DNA of 64,000 nucleotides from Antedon mediterranea (taxonomy: Eukaryota > Animalia > Echinodermata). Positions within the stretch are counted from its first letter, which is position 1; each line of letters begins with the position of its first letter. Shown in pieces: positions 39,170-51,277 of this stretch. Both the position numbers and the translations under genes were made by a program. The stretch is taken from the NCBI RefSeq assembly GCF_964355755.1, contig NC_092673.1, positions 10,106,001 to 10,170,000 of the forward strand, read 5' to 3'. Under the pieces are notes generated by a model, which saw only the letters and a program-made list of their open reading frames with translations, searched no databases and was not told where the DNA came from.

Positions 39170-40400
39170 ACATTGTGTTTTATGAATAATTGAATCATGC
39201 TGGTTATAAAATCCTATGTTGTCAAATTTCTAAAATTCATCTTTGACCTCTGACCTCAATTTGAATGTTTTGACCCATTGAAAACAAAATGGTCATATCT
39301 TTGCAACGCTTATTTTAAATGAAATAATTTTAGTGTCAAATTATTTGGGAGATGCATATTAATATTCGTTCTAATGGAAAAGTTTGTCCAAAAATGGCCG
39401 GAAGTATGATTTTTGGCATTTTTTACCTTTGACCTACATATCATATAACTACGTAACTAATAGTTGGACAAACTTTAAATAGAGCTCAAATTAATCTGAA
39501 GGTATATGTTTCTATTCAGTCTAATAAGAACTTTTTCGAGAAAATGACCCAAAATCTTCTTATTGACCTTTGACCTGTACAGGTAGTACACATTCCTACA
39601 GTCTTAAAAACTATTGGCCGTAAAAGGTTTTTTTTGGTGAAATTGTTGTATAATAACAACATTTTATAGAAATGTAAAAGAATTTTATTTATGATCACTA
39701 ACTTTGTAATTTATTAACATCACTAGCATTTGTTATTAGCCCTCAATCAAACATGGTGCATGCTAAAAAAGATTTTGATTTTGTGCTAAAAATCCATCTT
39801 TTTGGTCCAGTACAAACAATCTTGTACAGCCATTCTTACACAAACAACATATTTTATTGGAAAGATAATCATAATATCTATCCAATAAAATATGAATTTT
39901 GTGTATTAATATCTGCTAGATAGCTTTTACTAAACCAAAAAGATGGACTTTTAGCTCAAAATTAAAAAAATTTTTTGTTGTGTGTATCATGTAATAACCT
40001 CAACAAAAATATCAAGCTATCGGAATATTTTTCTCAATTTTTTCAGAAACTGACCTAGTACGTTATAAAAGAGGTATGTAAATTACAGGTTACTGTAAAA
40101 AGTCTTTAAAACAAAGTTATAACCTGTTAAGTTCAGGAAAACACATAAAAATGTGGTATTTTTTGGGAAAAAATGAAGATTGAGGGCGCTGTTCACACAA
40201 GTAAAAATACACTTTTTTGCCTGTATCTAATTAAGTTTTAGCCATAATAATTTGAAAATAGTCTTATTTGATAGACAATTACATTTTCTTTATATAAAAA
40301 AAAAATACACATAATTCTGATAAATTCATGTGAAGTGCTTAAAATCAGCAAATATAACACATTTTAATATTATAACAAATGCTAGTGATGTTAATAAATT
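39170..40400. mobile_element. Rearranged internal fragment of the Academ-like family seen at 7003-8820
   Basis: 39170-39735 resembles ~7400-7965 in direct orientation; ~40060-40400 resembles ~7945-8270 inverted. Confidence 0.65.
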
Positions 40401-40613
40401 ACACAAACCAACAGTGGTGTTGGTAGATAATGCACGCAACCGTAACCACGCCCTCAAGAGGGAGCCATCCAACGTAGTAGCGTCATCATTTCATGAGTAC
40501 ACTTGTCAGTGGGGACGGCGGGAGGGCGTTTATCCAGGTAAGCAGCACTCATAGACTACCAACAGCACTGTTGGTTTGTGTAGTCTATTTCGTGCCTGCT
40601 TACCTGGATAAAC
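40401..40613 (-). repeat. DIRS 3' terminal repeat and internal complementary region
   Basis: acacaaaccaacagtggtgttggtag (40401-40426) is complementary to ~40556-40581, which is enclosed by inverted gtttatccaggtaagcag and ctgcttacctggataaac. Confidence 0.8.
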
Positions 40614-41914
40614 CGACAATATAGCCAGTGTAGCACCGGACTAAACCTAGTCGGCGGCGGGCGACAAGTAAGTGAAGAATACGTACCTAAAGACGAGGCT
40701 TCAGAATTGAGGTCGCCACTGGTGCCTGGTTAGCGGATACATCCGATAGATACAACGAAGTGAACGTTGATTGCGTCCGCCACCAAGCCGCCTTCAGAAT
40801 GTCAGGGAGAGGGACTCCCGTGAACAACGCCAAAGATGTGGCGACGCCACGCACCTGGTGCATATGCGCAGGAGGAGGAGTGTCCGAGGATTCGTATCCA
40901 GCGCGAATTGCTGCAACAATCCAATTTGCGATCGTTGATTTCGCTGCCGGACGGAATGGGGACACTGAAGCGATAAACAGGTGTGAAACACCATCTCGCA
41001 AAGCTCTGGTTCTGTTGATGTAGATCTTAATCGCTCTAACAGGACACCAGTGCAGAACCTGTCTTCCTCAACCCCTGAAATCGAGGAAATGGTGGGGACG
41101 CAAACGGCGGGCGGCGAGAAATTCAACGTCTGCGTCTCTTAGCTAGGAAGTCCTTCCTAAAAACTAGCCGAACGCCACCACGCTCAAACCTGATATGGCC
41201 TGGTTCTAAGGAGAGAGCGTGCAATTCGCCTCGGCGTTTGCATGACGCCACCGCCAGCAAGAACGCCGTCTTAAGCGAAAGGTTGTACAGAGAGGCCTTA
41301 TGTAAAGGCTCAATAATGGTGGACGTGTGAGAGCGGCTAGGACGACGTTGATGTCCAAGCGGGGAACCAAGGCCTTTGAAGGAGGCCGTTCTCTAAACAT
41401 TTCACGCAGCAAACTTGAAATTGTGGTGGATGTTGAGACGCTCGAACCGTCTGCAAAAGTCGGTGAGATTGCACCTATGGCAGACCAATAGACGGATATG
41501 GTGCGGACCTGTAAACCTGACTCAAACAGGTAATGCAGGAAAGCGCATACCTGCCCCAATATCAGTCTTGGGGTGTACCGGCTGGCGCTTGCACCAGTTA
41601 AAATAATGCTTCAGACGGCTATTATAGACGGTGAGTGTTGATTCCCGGCGGGATTTCGCCGCGAGGGCGGCCGGGCCATCTGGTATGCCCGAGTCTCTGA
41701 GCTGATCCCTGACAATGGCCATGCAGTCAGGTGCAGGGATCGGAGGTTCGAGGCGGAGAACCTGGCTCGGCCCTGAGTCAGCAAGTCCTCGCGTACCGGA
41801 AGATGGAGGGGCTGATCGTAGAGCAGACTGTTGATCAGCGGAAACCACGGCTGGCGTGGCCAAAAAGGCGCGATCAACAGGACTCGGCAATGATGGCGCT
41901 GAATGTGCGTCAGG

Positions 41915-44055
41915 CACATTCATTTAGACTAGAAAAAAAGTAGTGAGCCCTCTAGCGGTCATTTGTGATTTCTGAGATTCATCGAAGCGCGACAACATCA
42001 CCCGGAAATGATGTGAATTTAAAATTTTAATAGGGGTTAAACTCTTTTAACCAATTGAAAGCCTTAAATTATAGTTCCTTATGAATAATTCATGAGAATA
42101 ATTAAAGCAAGGGTTGAAGAAGCATGTGACTTGGTTTTTGGAACAGGATAGCAGTTATGATCGTGTCAGGTAATCATTGAATTTGCTCTTCTTTTTGTTA
42201 GATTTTATACGGTTTTTATCAATAATAATATTGTACATTTTTACGAGACCATAAAAAAATTCCTCAATTTTTGAGTAAACGAGTGAATAAAAAGTTACTA
42301 TGTAATGTAAATATTCGTTTGACAAAAAATGGGCATGTTGATATTTTCAGGTGGTTATTAAATGGCGATTGAAATAGGTAAACAAATCACATGTATAACG
42401 GTGGTTTGTGCGAAGCTGGGCCTAGCCTTGATGGTCCAACTCGTACTGCGTGTTAATCAATGCGTATAAGATACACATGTAGTCATGACATGTAGTTTAT
42501 TTATTAATATTAGGCCCCATTCTCATTTATTTTAATTAATGTACTGAATGTACCACACTTTACAACTCTATATAAATTAGATTTTGTACTTGTATTAAAT
42601 TCAAACGTTTTATGGGATTTAAAACATTAAGCTAGGCCTTGTAGTAGGCCTAGGACCACATGCTAGGTTTTTCAGCCTAATTTATCATGCAGTATACCTC
42701 TAGCCCATCTTTCAAATACATATTTAAATTAACATACTTTTTATATTTCTATATTTTGTATAGGATCTGACTCCAGAAAACATTTGCATCACTTGAAAGC
42801 GGCTATTTATGGACAGCATGTTGACATTCAAAAAAATTTGACCAGCTCTTATTAATTAAATGTCTTTTAAATTAAAGGTTTTCAATATAATGAAATGTAC
42901 GGTGACAGAAATTTAAATGATTCTCATAATTGAGGTTTCTCATAGATTTAATATTGAAGGTAAATAAATAAAGCTGTTTGTTATTCTTGCCTTTAGAAAT
43001 AAACATGTTGTTAGTACTATATTATTAGGCCTAGGCCATTATACAAATTAAAACTAAAAAATACAGTAATCATATTTAAGGCCTACACACAGTACCTTAC
43101 TTGATTTGATTTTTTTCAAATATTTAATTGATGAAATAAATGAGTTTGACTTTTCAATTAGTTGCCATTTTATTAGTTTCTGTGTGTTTTTATTTATATT
43201 CTTAAAACAATTGTATACAACAACTTTAAAGTATTGCGCAGAAGTGATCACATTATAGTAGGCCTATTTGTTGTATGTTATTGTCGCTTAAAATTATGCA
43301 GTTAAAGTATTTGATTTTAGGGTGACAGAAACGGTTAGGCAAGAAAAGAAATAAATTTGGGAATTTTGTTATGCGGTAAAAACAATTAAACATAATTTAC
43401 CCCTAATGCATGTAAATGTAGAAAACATTTGCTTATGTTAGCGCGACCGAAACTCGCTACTGGGAATAGAGCCTGCAAAAGCGACGCGTACACACCTACT
43501 CGGGCACCGGTGGAGCGCGATCGATAGTAAATATACCCGATTTCAAATGATCATAAAATTCTTTTAAAAAATATCAACATTTTGATTTTTTGAGGATTAA
43601 AAGTAAAGATATTGAAATTTAACATAATATTTACAAATATGTATTTAAAAATTCGGAAACAATTTTAGCGTGATATTAAAACAAACTTTTTAGAGTTCCG
43701 CGATTTTCTACGCAGGATTTGTTTGTTTTCATTGTTAATGGGCGAATGTTACCTAAACTAGAATCGTTATAAATCTTTTAAATTTGTATTATAAGTAATT
43801 TCTTTAGTATTCTTAGTAACATCGAATGTCTCTAATTAACTAGCAGTTATTTATACTAACTATTGTTCAATAATAAGCGTGTATGAAGTGAAAATCTATA
43901 GTAATAATGTTCTTAGTCAGTTCGTCTCGCTCGCGTGAAGTCTTCGGGTTTCTCAATACAATTCTCAGCGGTAAAGATAGGCTCGCGCTAATGTTTAAAT
44001 CAAAAGCGCTCTCAAAACACTTTTTGTCCAAAATTCGCAATATGACGTGAGTGTG
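41915..44055. mobile_element. Non-autonomous Chapaev-like DNA transposon
   Basis: CAC...GTG termini (cacattca / tgagtgtg); 4-bp TSD CAGG (41911-41914 and 44056-44059); excision rejoins DIRS YAFPPISIIPIVL-THIQRHH; weak remnant DLTPENICIT* after an acceptor at 42764. Confidence 0.8.
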
Positions 44056-46038
44056 CAGGACGATCGGAATGATCGAAATCGGCGGGAATGCATACGCCCA
44101 TAGACCGTTCCACGGAATGGACAGCGCATCCACCACCCACGCCTGAGCATCCCTGACGCGACTGCAATACGTCGGGAGCTACGTGTTGACTGACGACGCA
44201 AACAGGTCTACAAGGGGCCGCCCGAAGTGGTCGAATATTTGGGCGGCAACAGTTGGCAGAAGGCGCCATTCCGTCGGACGCAGTCCCGGTCGGGACAGAC
44301 TGTCCGCAACAACATTCAGTCGGCCTGCTATGTGGGCCGCTGTCAAAGTGATGTTGTGGCTGATGCACCACATCAGTAGAGACCACGTGTGGCAACACAG
44401 CGTTGGGGACCTTGTGCCTCCTTGCCGATTGATATAAGCCACGACCGTGGTGTTGTCGGAATGTACCAGAACGTGCTGGTTCGCCAGGCGGGGCAGGAGT
44501 GCTTTCAGAGTGCGCTCGACTGCCCACAACTCTAGAAGGTTGATGTGGGCGCACGTCTCTACGGGCGACCACACGCCGCCCCAGCCTATCTCGGAAGCAT
44601 CCGTATCTATACGGATGTCCGGAATGGACCTTTGAATAGGTCTGCCCACAGTCAACCTGCCCTCTGCGAGCCACCAGTCGAGATGCGTTCGGATGAACGC
44701 ATTCGACAAGACCACTTTCTGCAGAGAGTCTGAATTTGGACGGAACAAGGCCAGCAGATGCAGTTGTAGAGGCTGCATTCTGAGCCGGCAAAACGGAACC
44801 AAGGCAACGAAACTGGCCAGGTACCCAAGGGTCTGTAGCCAGTCGTAAGCCGTTGGCGCAGGACAAGTGACTAGGTACTGCATTGTTGATAGTCGTGCTT
44901 TTTGTACTCTCCCCTGTGAGGGGCGAATCAAGCCCGTCACAAGATCGATTTCTGCACCGAGGTAAACCGGAGTCTGTGTCGGCAGAAGGCACGACTTCTC
45001 TCGGTTTATGATAAATCCTGCCTGTTCCGTTAAGAGGAGGACCTGTGCAAGATGGTTTTGTAGCAGGTCCCGAGACTGGGCCACGATCAACCAATCGTCC
45101 AGGTACATGAAGATGCGTATGCCGTTCTGATGGAAGAACGCCGCAAGCGTCCTGACTAGACGTGTGAACACACGTGGGGCTGTGGACAGCCCGAACGGCA
45201 ACGCGATGAATTGGTAAACATGATCGTGAATCCGGAAGCGCAACCAACGTTGGTCCTGCTCCGCAATAGGCACATGAAAGTCGCCTCGTCGCCTCGCTGC
45301 AACCCCAGCAGGATGGATGGTATTGTCTCCATTCTGAACCTGCGGGGACGGATGAACCGTTTGTTCAGACTCCGAAGATTTAATATGGGTCGCGTCGCCA
45401 ATCGCCGGACTTCTTCTCGGCGAGAAACACGGTGGACTCGTGTCCCGGGGACGCATAGAGTTCGTTTACCGGCACCACAGCTCCTTTGCGGAGAAGTGCA
45501 GAAAGGCCCTCCATGAGCGCCTGTTTCTTTACGGGTTCGGATGGAACCCTTGTTGGTCGAGGACCGCCGCACAGCGGCGGACTCGTGAACTCTATGGCGT
45601 ACCCGTGCGTCACGGTAGAGAGAACCCATTTGTCTGTAGTAAGGGTCTCCCAAACCCGCGCATACCGTAGTAGGCGACCCCCACCTCCCCGTCCTTCGCC
45701 GTGAGGACGGGCGCCCCGAGGGCGTCACCGGCGCCTCGCATTACCCGAGGCGAGGGCGCTTCTTCTTCCACCACCACGGTGGGGATTGTTATTCTGTGGG
45801 TAGGAGGTCGAAGCCTGAAAGGCAGGCTGAGCCGGTGTAGGGGGAGGGGGAACGGGTGCGAGTGCACGTGTACGCGGCGGTACCGCGGGGAGAGGAGGAG
45901 GCGGTCGTGTCGACCTTGATCTAGAGCGTTGTCGACTCGCCTGACGTTTAGCTGGAAACTTAGCTCGAGTCTCGCGACGAGCTTCCCTCTCACGCGCCCA
46001 ATTGTCTTCTCTATGTGAGAATGACCCGAAGAATAGAT

Positions 46039-49000
46039 CACGGGCGACACAGCTGTTTCAACCAATGTAAAATAAATAGAAAAAGTCAAGCGCCCTCAAT
46101 ATTGTCAGACGGCGATATGTGCCTGAGCGTGACGCCGCGCGAGTGGTTGAATCTCGTTCAACTTTCGCGACATTTGCAACTTTTATAACTACACTTTAAA
46201 TTATTTTAATCAATTTCGTCATAAATATTATAAAACCATTTTTATACTATTTGTTAGAAAATAAGTTTTTTAATTACCGATTTTTTGGAAATAATAAGTA
46301 ATTAAGCATAACACCAAGTTTACGAAATTATTTACACCCGGAAGTTTTAAAAATTAACATCGATCGGCCTAGCAAATGTAAACAATGGAAAGTTTGAAAA
46401 AATGCTTGTCAAATTGTAAACTTTTTGTTTTTATTCGTAATTTTCATAAATACTTGGAAAATCTAGGTAAAAGTTTGATTATATATGCTTACATGAGACA
46501 TTGAATTGTTAGGAGGTGACGGTGAAAATCTCAAGAAATTTTCATTGAAAAACTCGACTGTTTTGTTAAATGCGAAACAGCGTATTTGGCGAGAGGTCGA
46601 TGAACGCGTCTGATAACCGCTCGCTAGGCTGTACGCAACTAGGCCTAGGTTGTAGCTAGGCCTAGTTGGTACCTATAAGTAGTGTAATCATGCTATACAT
46701 CATTTTAATTTACAATAGATTAAATAATAAGCTTAATTATTATCATTGTATTTATTTCAACTGAATATAATTCATCATAAATGTAAAAATTTAGTAAAAC
46801 TACTAACTACCAGGCCTAGGCTAGGCCCTTAAAATTAAAGCCTATACAAAAATACTCAAACTACTGTATGATAAATATAATATAAAATTAAAGGTTGGTA
46901 AAATTAACATTTCTTTTCATTTTTGTAGGCAACACAGTTTCACGAAAAGGCTTTATATCTACTTGCTTTTGTTGTGGAACAAAATTTAAAGAAAAAGATA
47001 AAAAATACAATTTTTAAAATATGAAAAGCCGTCACAAATTTGCACTAAATCTAATAAATGTAAAATCACAACCTATATACATTTGTACAACCTGCCATTC
47101 ACGAATTTGCAATGGATACTGTATACTACCACGCTAACATTTAAATTAACAGGGCATGGAACAAATTGCGTGGCATGCTACACCAACAACTTACAACAAC
47201 TATGACCTGGGCAAAAACTACATTCACAAGTGAAAGAACACACTGGCGTTTAAGGGAACAGTTTTTTTATTTGGTACAGCTGCTCCATAATCTGCTTTTC
47301 TTCCTTATATCTTCACTCTTTTTGAAAGTTTATACTAACAAATTTATTTAAATGAACATACCTCATAATCAAATAACTGTTTTCTCATCCTAATTTATAT
47401 ACATAGTTTAAAAACTGCCAATTTTCAATTAAGATTACATCATACATTGTACATTTCTATTCAACAAAATTGTCAGAACTTTCTATTATTTAAATGTCTA
47501 AGATAGTCAGGTCTCGGGTCCATTCTACAGTCACCACAGATTGACTTTTTCATCACAAAATTTCTGAAATTATAAAATGTATTAATGTGTAAATTAAGTA
47601 TTTTTTTAATTACATAAAAAATATGATACAAGTATTTTTAGCAGAATACAGGCATATTGCACCAGGTGTAATACAGCCTAAGCTACATATGCTTGAGCAC
47701 CATGCTATTGCATTCATGAGAGAATGGAAGGTGGTCTCTGAACAAGGCGGGGAGCTAATACATGCCAAACTCAACCGTCACAAAACAGCAGTGTGGATTA
47801 GAGTCAAACTTAGACTCATCTGACTTTCACATCTCCAATGATACAAAATGAAATAATAAAACCCAACAAATGCAAGAAAGCCAACAAAGAATGATTCATT
47901 AACATTAATGATCATAAAATATTGTACATTTTTAAATGTTAAAGAAATATTGCATTGTATTGATTTCCTATTAACAATGCCTAATGATAATGAACATGTA
48001 AAAGTAATACTATAGTATGTCTATATTTCAATTACTAACTAATTACTATTGATTGATAGTACTACTGCTGTACTGTACATGTGTTAGTGATTGATTGTTA
48101 AAGTTACAAATTCATAGCATGGTAAACACAATTTAAAATTTACTAGTTCTTGAACAGTAAAATAAACTTACCTATATAGATGGTAGGTATAGGTATTGGT
48201 CCAAATCTGTTTAAAATGTTTTAGCCATTTTGGGTTGCCGCTATACTATATTATTATGTACCTAAAAAATATTAATAGTAATAGTATAACATTATAATAA
48301 GAATTAATTAAAATTAACTTATTATATTTACTATGGTTGCATACATACTAATTTGAATATGCAGTGATGAGCAAAAACAAATGTTAAAATTCATTATTTA
48401 TAATAATTGTAATTATTACATACAGGGTAGGCATATATGCCTTATGTCATTGCATAGGGTATATATAACCAGGTATCCTCATAATAAACATTATTTGTAA
48501 TAAATTCTGTAAATATATTAAAAATAAAAATTAATAATAGCCTCTAGGCCTAATTAGGTAGCCTACTAATACCTAGCCTATTGCTCTAGGCTAGGCTAAA
48601 TAAGCTGGAAAGCTGCTTCTCTTAGGCTGCTAGTGCAAGAGAGCACAGGTCTAGCTAGTATATTAAAATAAAAATAGGGCCTAGCCTAGCCTAGCCTAGC
48701 CCAGCCAGTGGTAGTGATTGGTTGTTAATATTGAAAATTAATAGCATGGTAAACACAATTTAAAATTGACTAGTTCTTGAACAGTAAAATAAACTTACCT
48801 ATAATATAGATGGTAGGTATAGGTATTGGTCCAAATCTGTTTAAAATGATTTTTCCACTTCGGGTTGTCGCTATGTACCTAAAAAATAGTAAAACATTAC
48901 TATAAGAATTAATTAAAATTAGCTTATTAAATTTAATATGGTTGCATACATACTAATTTGAATATGCAGTGATGAGCAAAAACGAATGTTAACATTCATT

Positions 49001-51277
49001 ATTTATAATAATTGTAATTATTACATACAGGGTAGGCATATATGCCTTATGTCATTGCATAGGGTATATATAACCAGGTATTCTCATAATAAACATTATT
49101 TAAATAAAATACTGTAAATATATTAAAACTAAAATTAATAATAATTAAATAATAATATATAGGCGTATAGCCTAGACCTAATTAGGTAGTCTGCTTATAC
49201 CTAGCCTATTGCTCTAGGCTAGGCTAAATAAGCTGGAAAGCTGCTTCTCTGTAGGCTGCTAGTGTTAGAGATCACAGGTCTAGCTAGTATATTAAAATAA
49301 AAATAGGGCCTATAATATAGGCCTAGCCTACCCAGCCACTGGTAGTGATTGATTGTTAATATTGAAAATTAATAGCATGGTAAACACAATTTAAAATTTA
49401 CTAGTTCTTGAGCAGTAAAATAAACTTACCTACTGTATATAGATGGTAGGCTGCTAGGTATTGGTCCAAATCTGTTTAAAATGTTTTTGCCACTTCGGGT
49501 TGCCGCTATGTACCTACAAAATAGTAAAACATTATTATAAGAATTACTTAAAATTAGCTTATTAAATTTAATATGGTTGCATACATACTAATTTGAATAT
49601 GCAGTGATGAGCAAAAACGAATGTTAAAATTCATTATTTATAATAATTGTAATTATTACATACAGGGAAGGCATATATGCCTTATGTCATTGCATAGGGT
49701 ATATATAACCAGGTATTCTCATAAGAAACATTATTTAAATAAATACTGTAAATATATTAAATTAAAATTAATAATAATTAAATAATAATATATAGGCGTA
49801 GAGCCTAGACCTAATTAGGTAGTCTACTTATACCTAGCCTAATTGCTCTAGGCTAGGCTAAATAAGCTGGAAAGCTGCTTCTCTGTAGGCTGCTGCTAGT
49901 GATAGAGAGCACAGGTCTAGCTAGTATATTAACATAAAAATAGGGCCTATCATATAGGCCTAGCCTACCCAGCCAGAGGTAGTGATTGATTGTTAATATT
50001 GAAAATTAATAGCATGGTAAACACAATTTAATATTTGCTACTTCTTGAACAGCAAAATAATCTTACCTATATAGATGGTAGGTATGGTCCAAATCTGCTT
50101 AGCCACTTCAGGTTACTGCTCTATATATGTAGGCTACCTACAATAGTATAACATTAATAATTATTATAACAATTTTATAAAATTAACTTAACTTATTAAA
50201 TTTAATATGATTGCATACTAATTTGAATATGCAGTGATGAGCAAAACCGAATGTTAATATGATGCTTGTCATTATTTATATTGTAATTATTACATACAGA
50301 GGGTAGGCCTATAATATTCCCTATGTCATTGCATACATGGTATATATAATCCTCATAATATTAAATTTACAGTTTTTGTAATGAATACTGTAAATTTATT
50401 AAAACTAAAATTAATTATACTGATTAAATAATATTAAAAATATATAGGCCTAGGCCTAGGCGTAGATCCTGGGCCTAATTTTAATTAGGTAGCCTACTAA
50501 TACCTATTAGGCTAGTAGTAGGCTAGCCTACTCAAGGCCAGGCTAACTAAGCCGGAAAGCTGCTTCTCTGTAGTAGGCTGCTAGAGAGCACAGGTCTAGC
50601 TAGGGCCTAGGCCTAGTATTAAAATAAAAATAGGGCCTATAATATTGGTATATGCCTACCCTACCCAGCCAGGCCTAAATAATTAATATAATGTAACATT
50701 TCCAAACTCATTTGGGTCAGCTGTCACATGAAAGGCAGTGTTGCAACTAGAGTAGACACAAGCCTAAAATGCCTAAAAATGACACAATTTGAAACGGCCA
50801 TAGCTCAAAAATTCAACCATCACCTCTCGACCGTTACTATGTTATAACATTCACAGATAACTAAATTATCAGGCAGTACCAAAGAATTAGAGTGAAAATT
50901 ACATTTTTTAAAGATACGGACAAACAAACATGTACCAAATTTGGAAATGTCACTCACGTGCGTAAATTGGTATATGCTTGTATTTTATGGTCCACCCTTC
51001 CATTAATTTTCAGCGTTACATTCCTTGTAAAAAACAAAACGACAACGTGCTTGTTTCATCCAGGGACTCTTTAATGAATATTCATATTTTTAGCGACCCT
51101 TTATTTTTTTATCTCATTCTCATTGGCTGTTTAAAACATGTCTTTAAATGACGTTTGACTCCACTCTGCACACGTGGATTTGTAAGTAATTGTTTATGTA
51201 TGGTTACTCCAGCGATACGACTTGTAACGTTGAGGGCGCATGACTTAATTCGTATGTTTGAAACAGCGATGTCCGTA
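46039..51277 (+). mobile_element. Deleted Chapaev-like DNA transposon inserted in DIRS gag
   Basis: Left end cacggg..gctgtttcaa..aagtcaagcgccctcaa is mirrored at 51230-51277; N-terminal remnant HEKAL/TCFCCG...QPIYICTTCH (46941-47100); catalytic C-terminal remnant PKLHMLEHH..FMREWK..EQGGELIHAKLN (47623-47823); right TSD not found. Confidence 0.75.
48087..50670. repeat. Four tandem ~630-bp AT-rich units inside the Chapaev-like element
   Basis: gtgattg.ttgttaa...tagcatggtaaacacaatttaa recurs near 48087, 48713, 49343 and 49981. Confidence 0.9.

Noticed and set aside
44012-45247. 411-aa overlapping ORF in DIRS
   Set aside because: Alternative frame of GC-rich RT/RNase H sequence; overlapping frames are normal in DIRS and no independent domain is recognisable
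46039-51277. ProtoRAG / RAG1L-RAG2L transposon
   Set aside because: The C-terminal motif (KLHMLEHH..EQGGE.IH) is not the RAG1 core pattern (YxHKTLAH..SEGNE). No kelch/RAG2-like sequence is visible, and the other CAC-ended element has a 4-bp rather than 5-bp TSD. Chapaev-like fits better.
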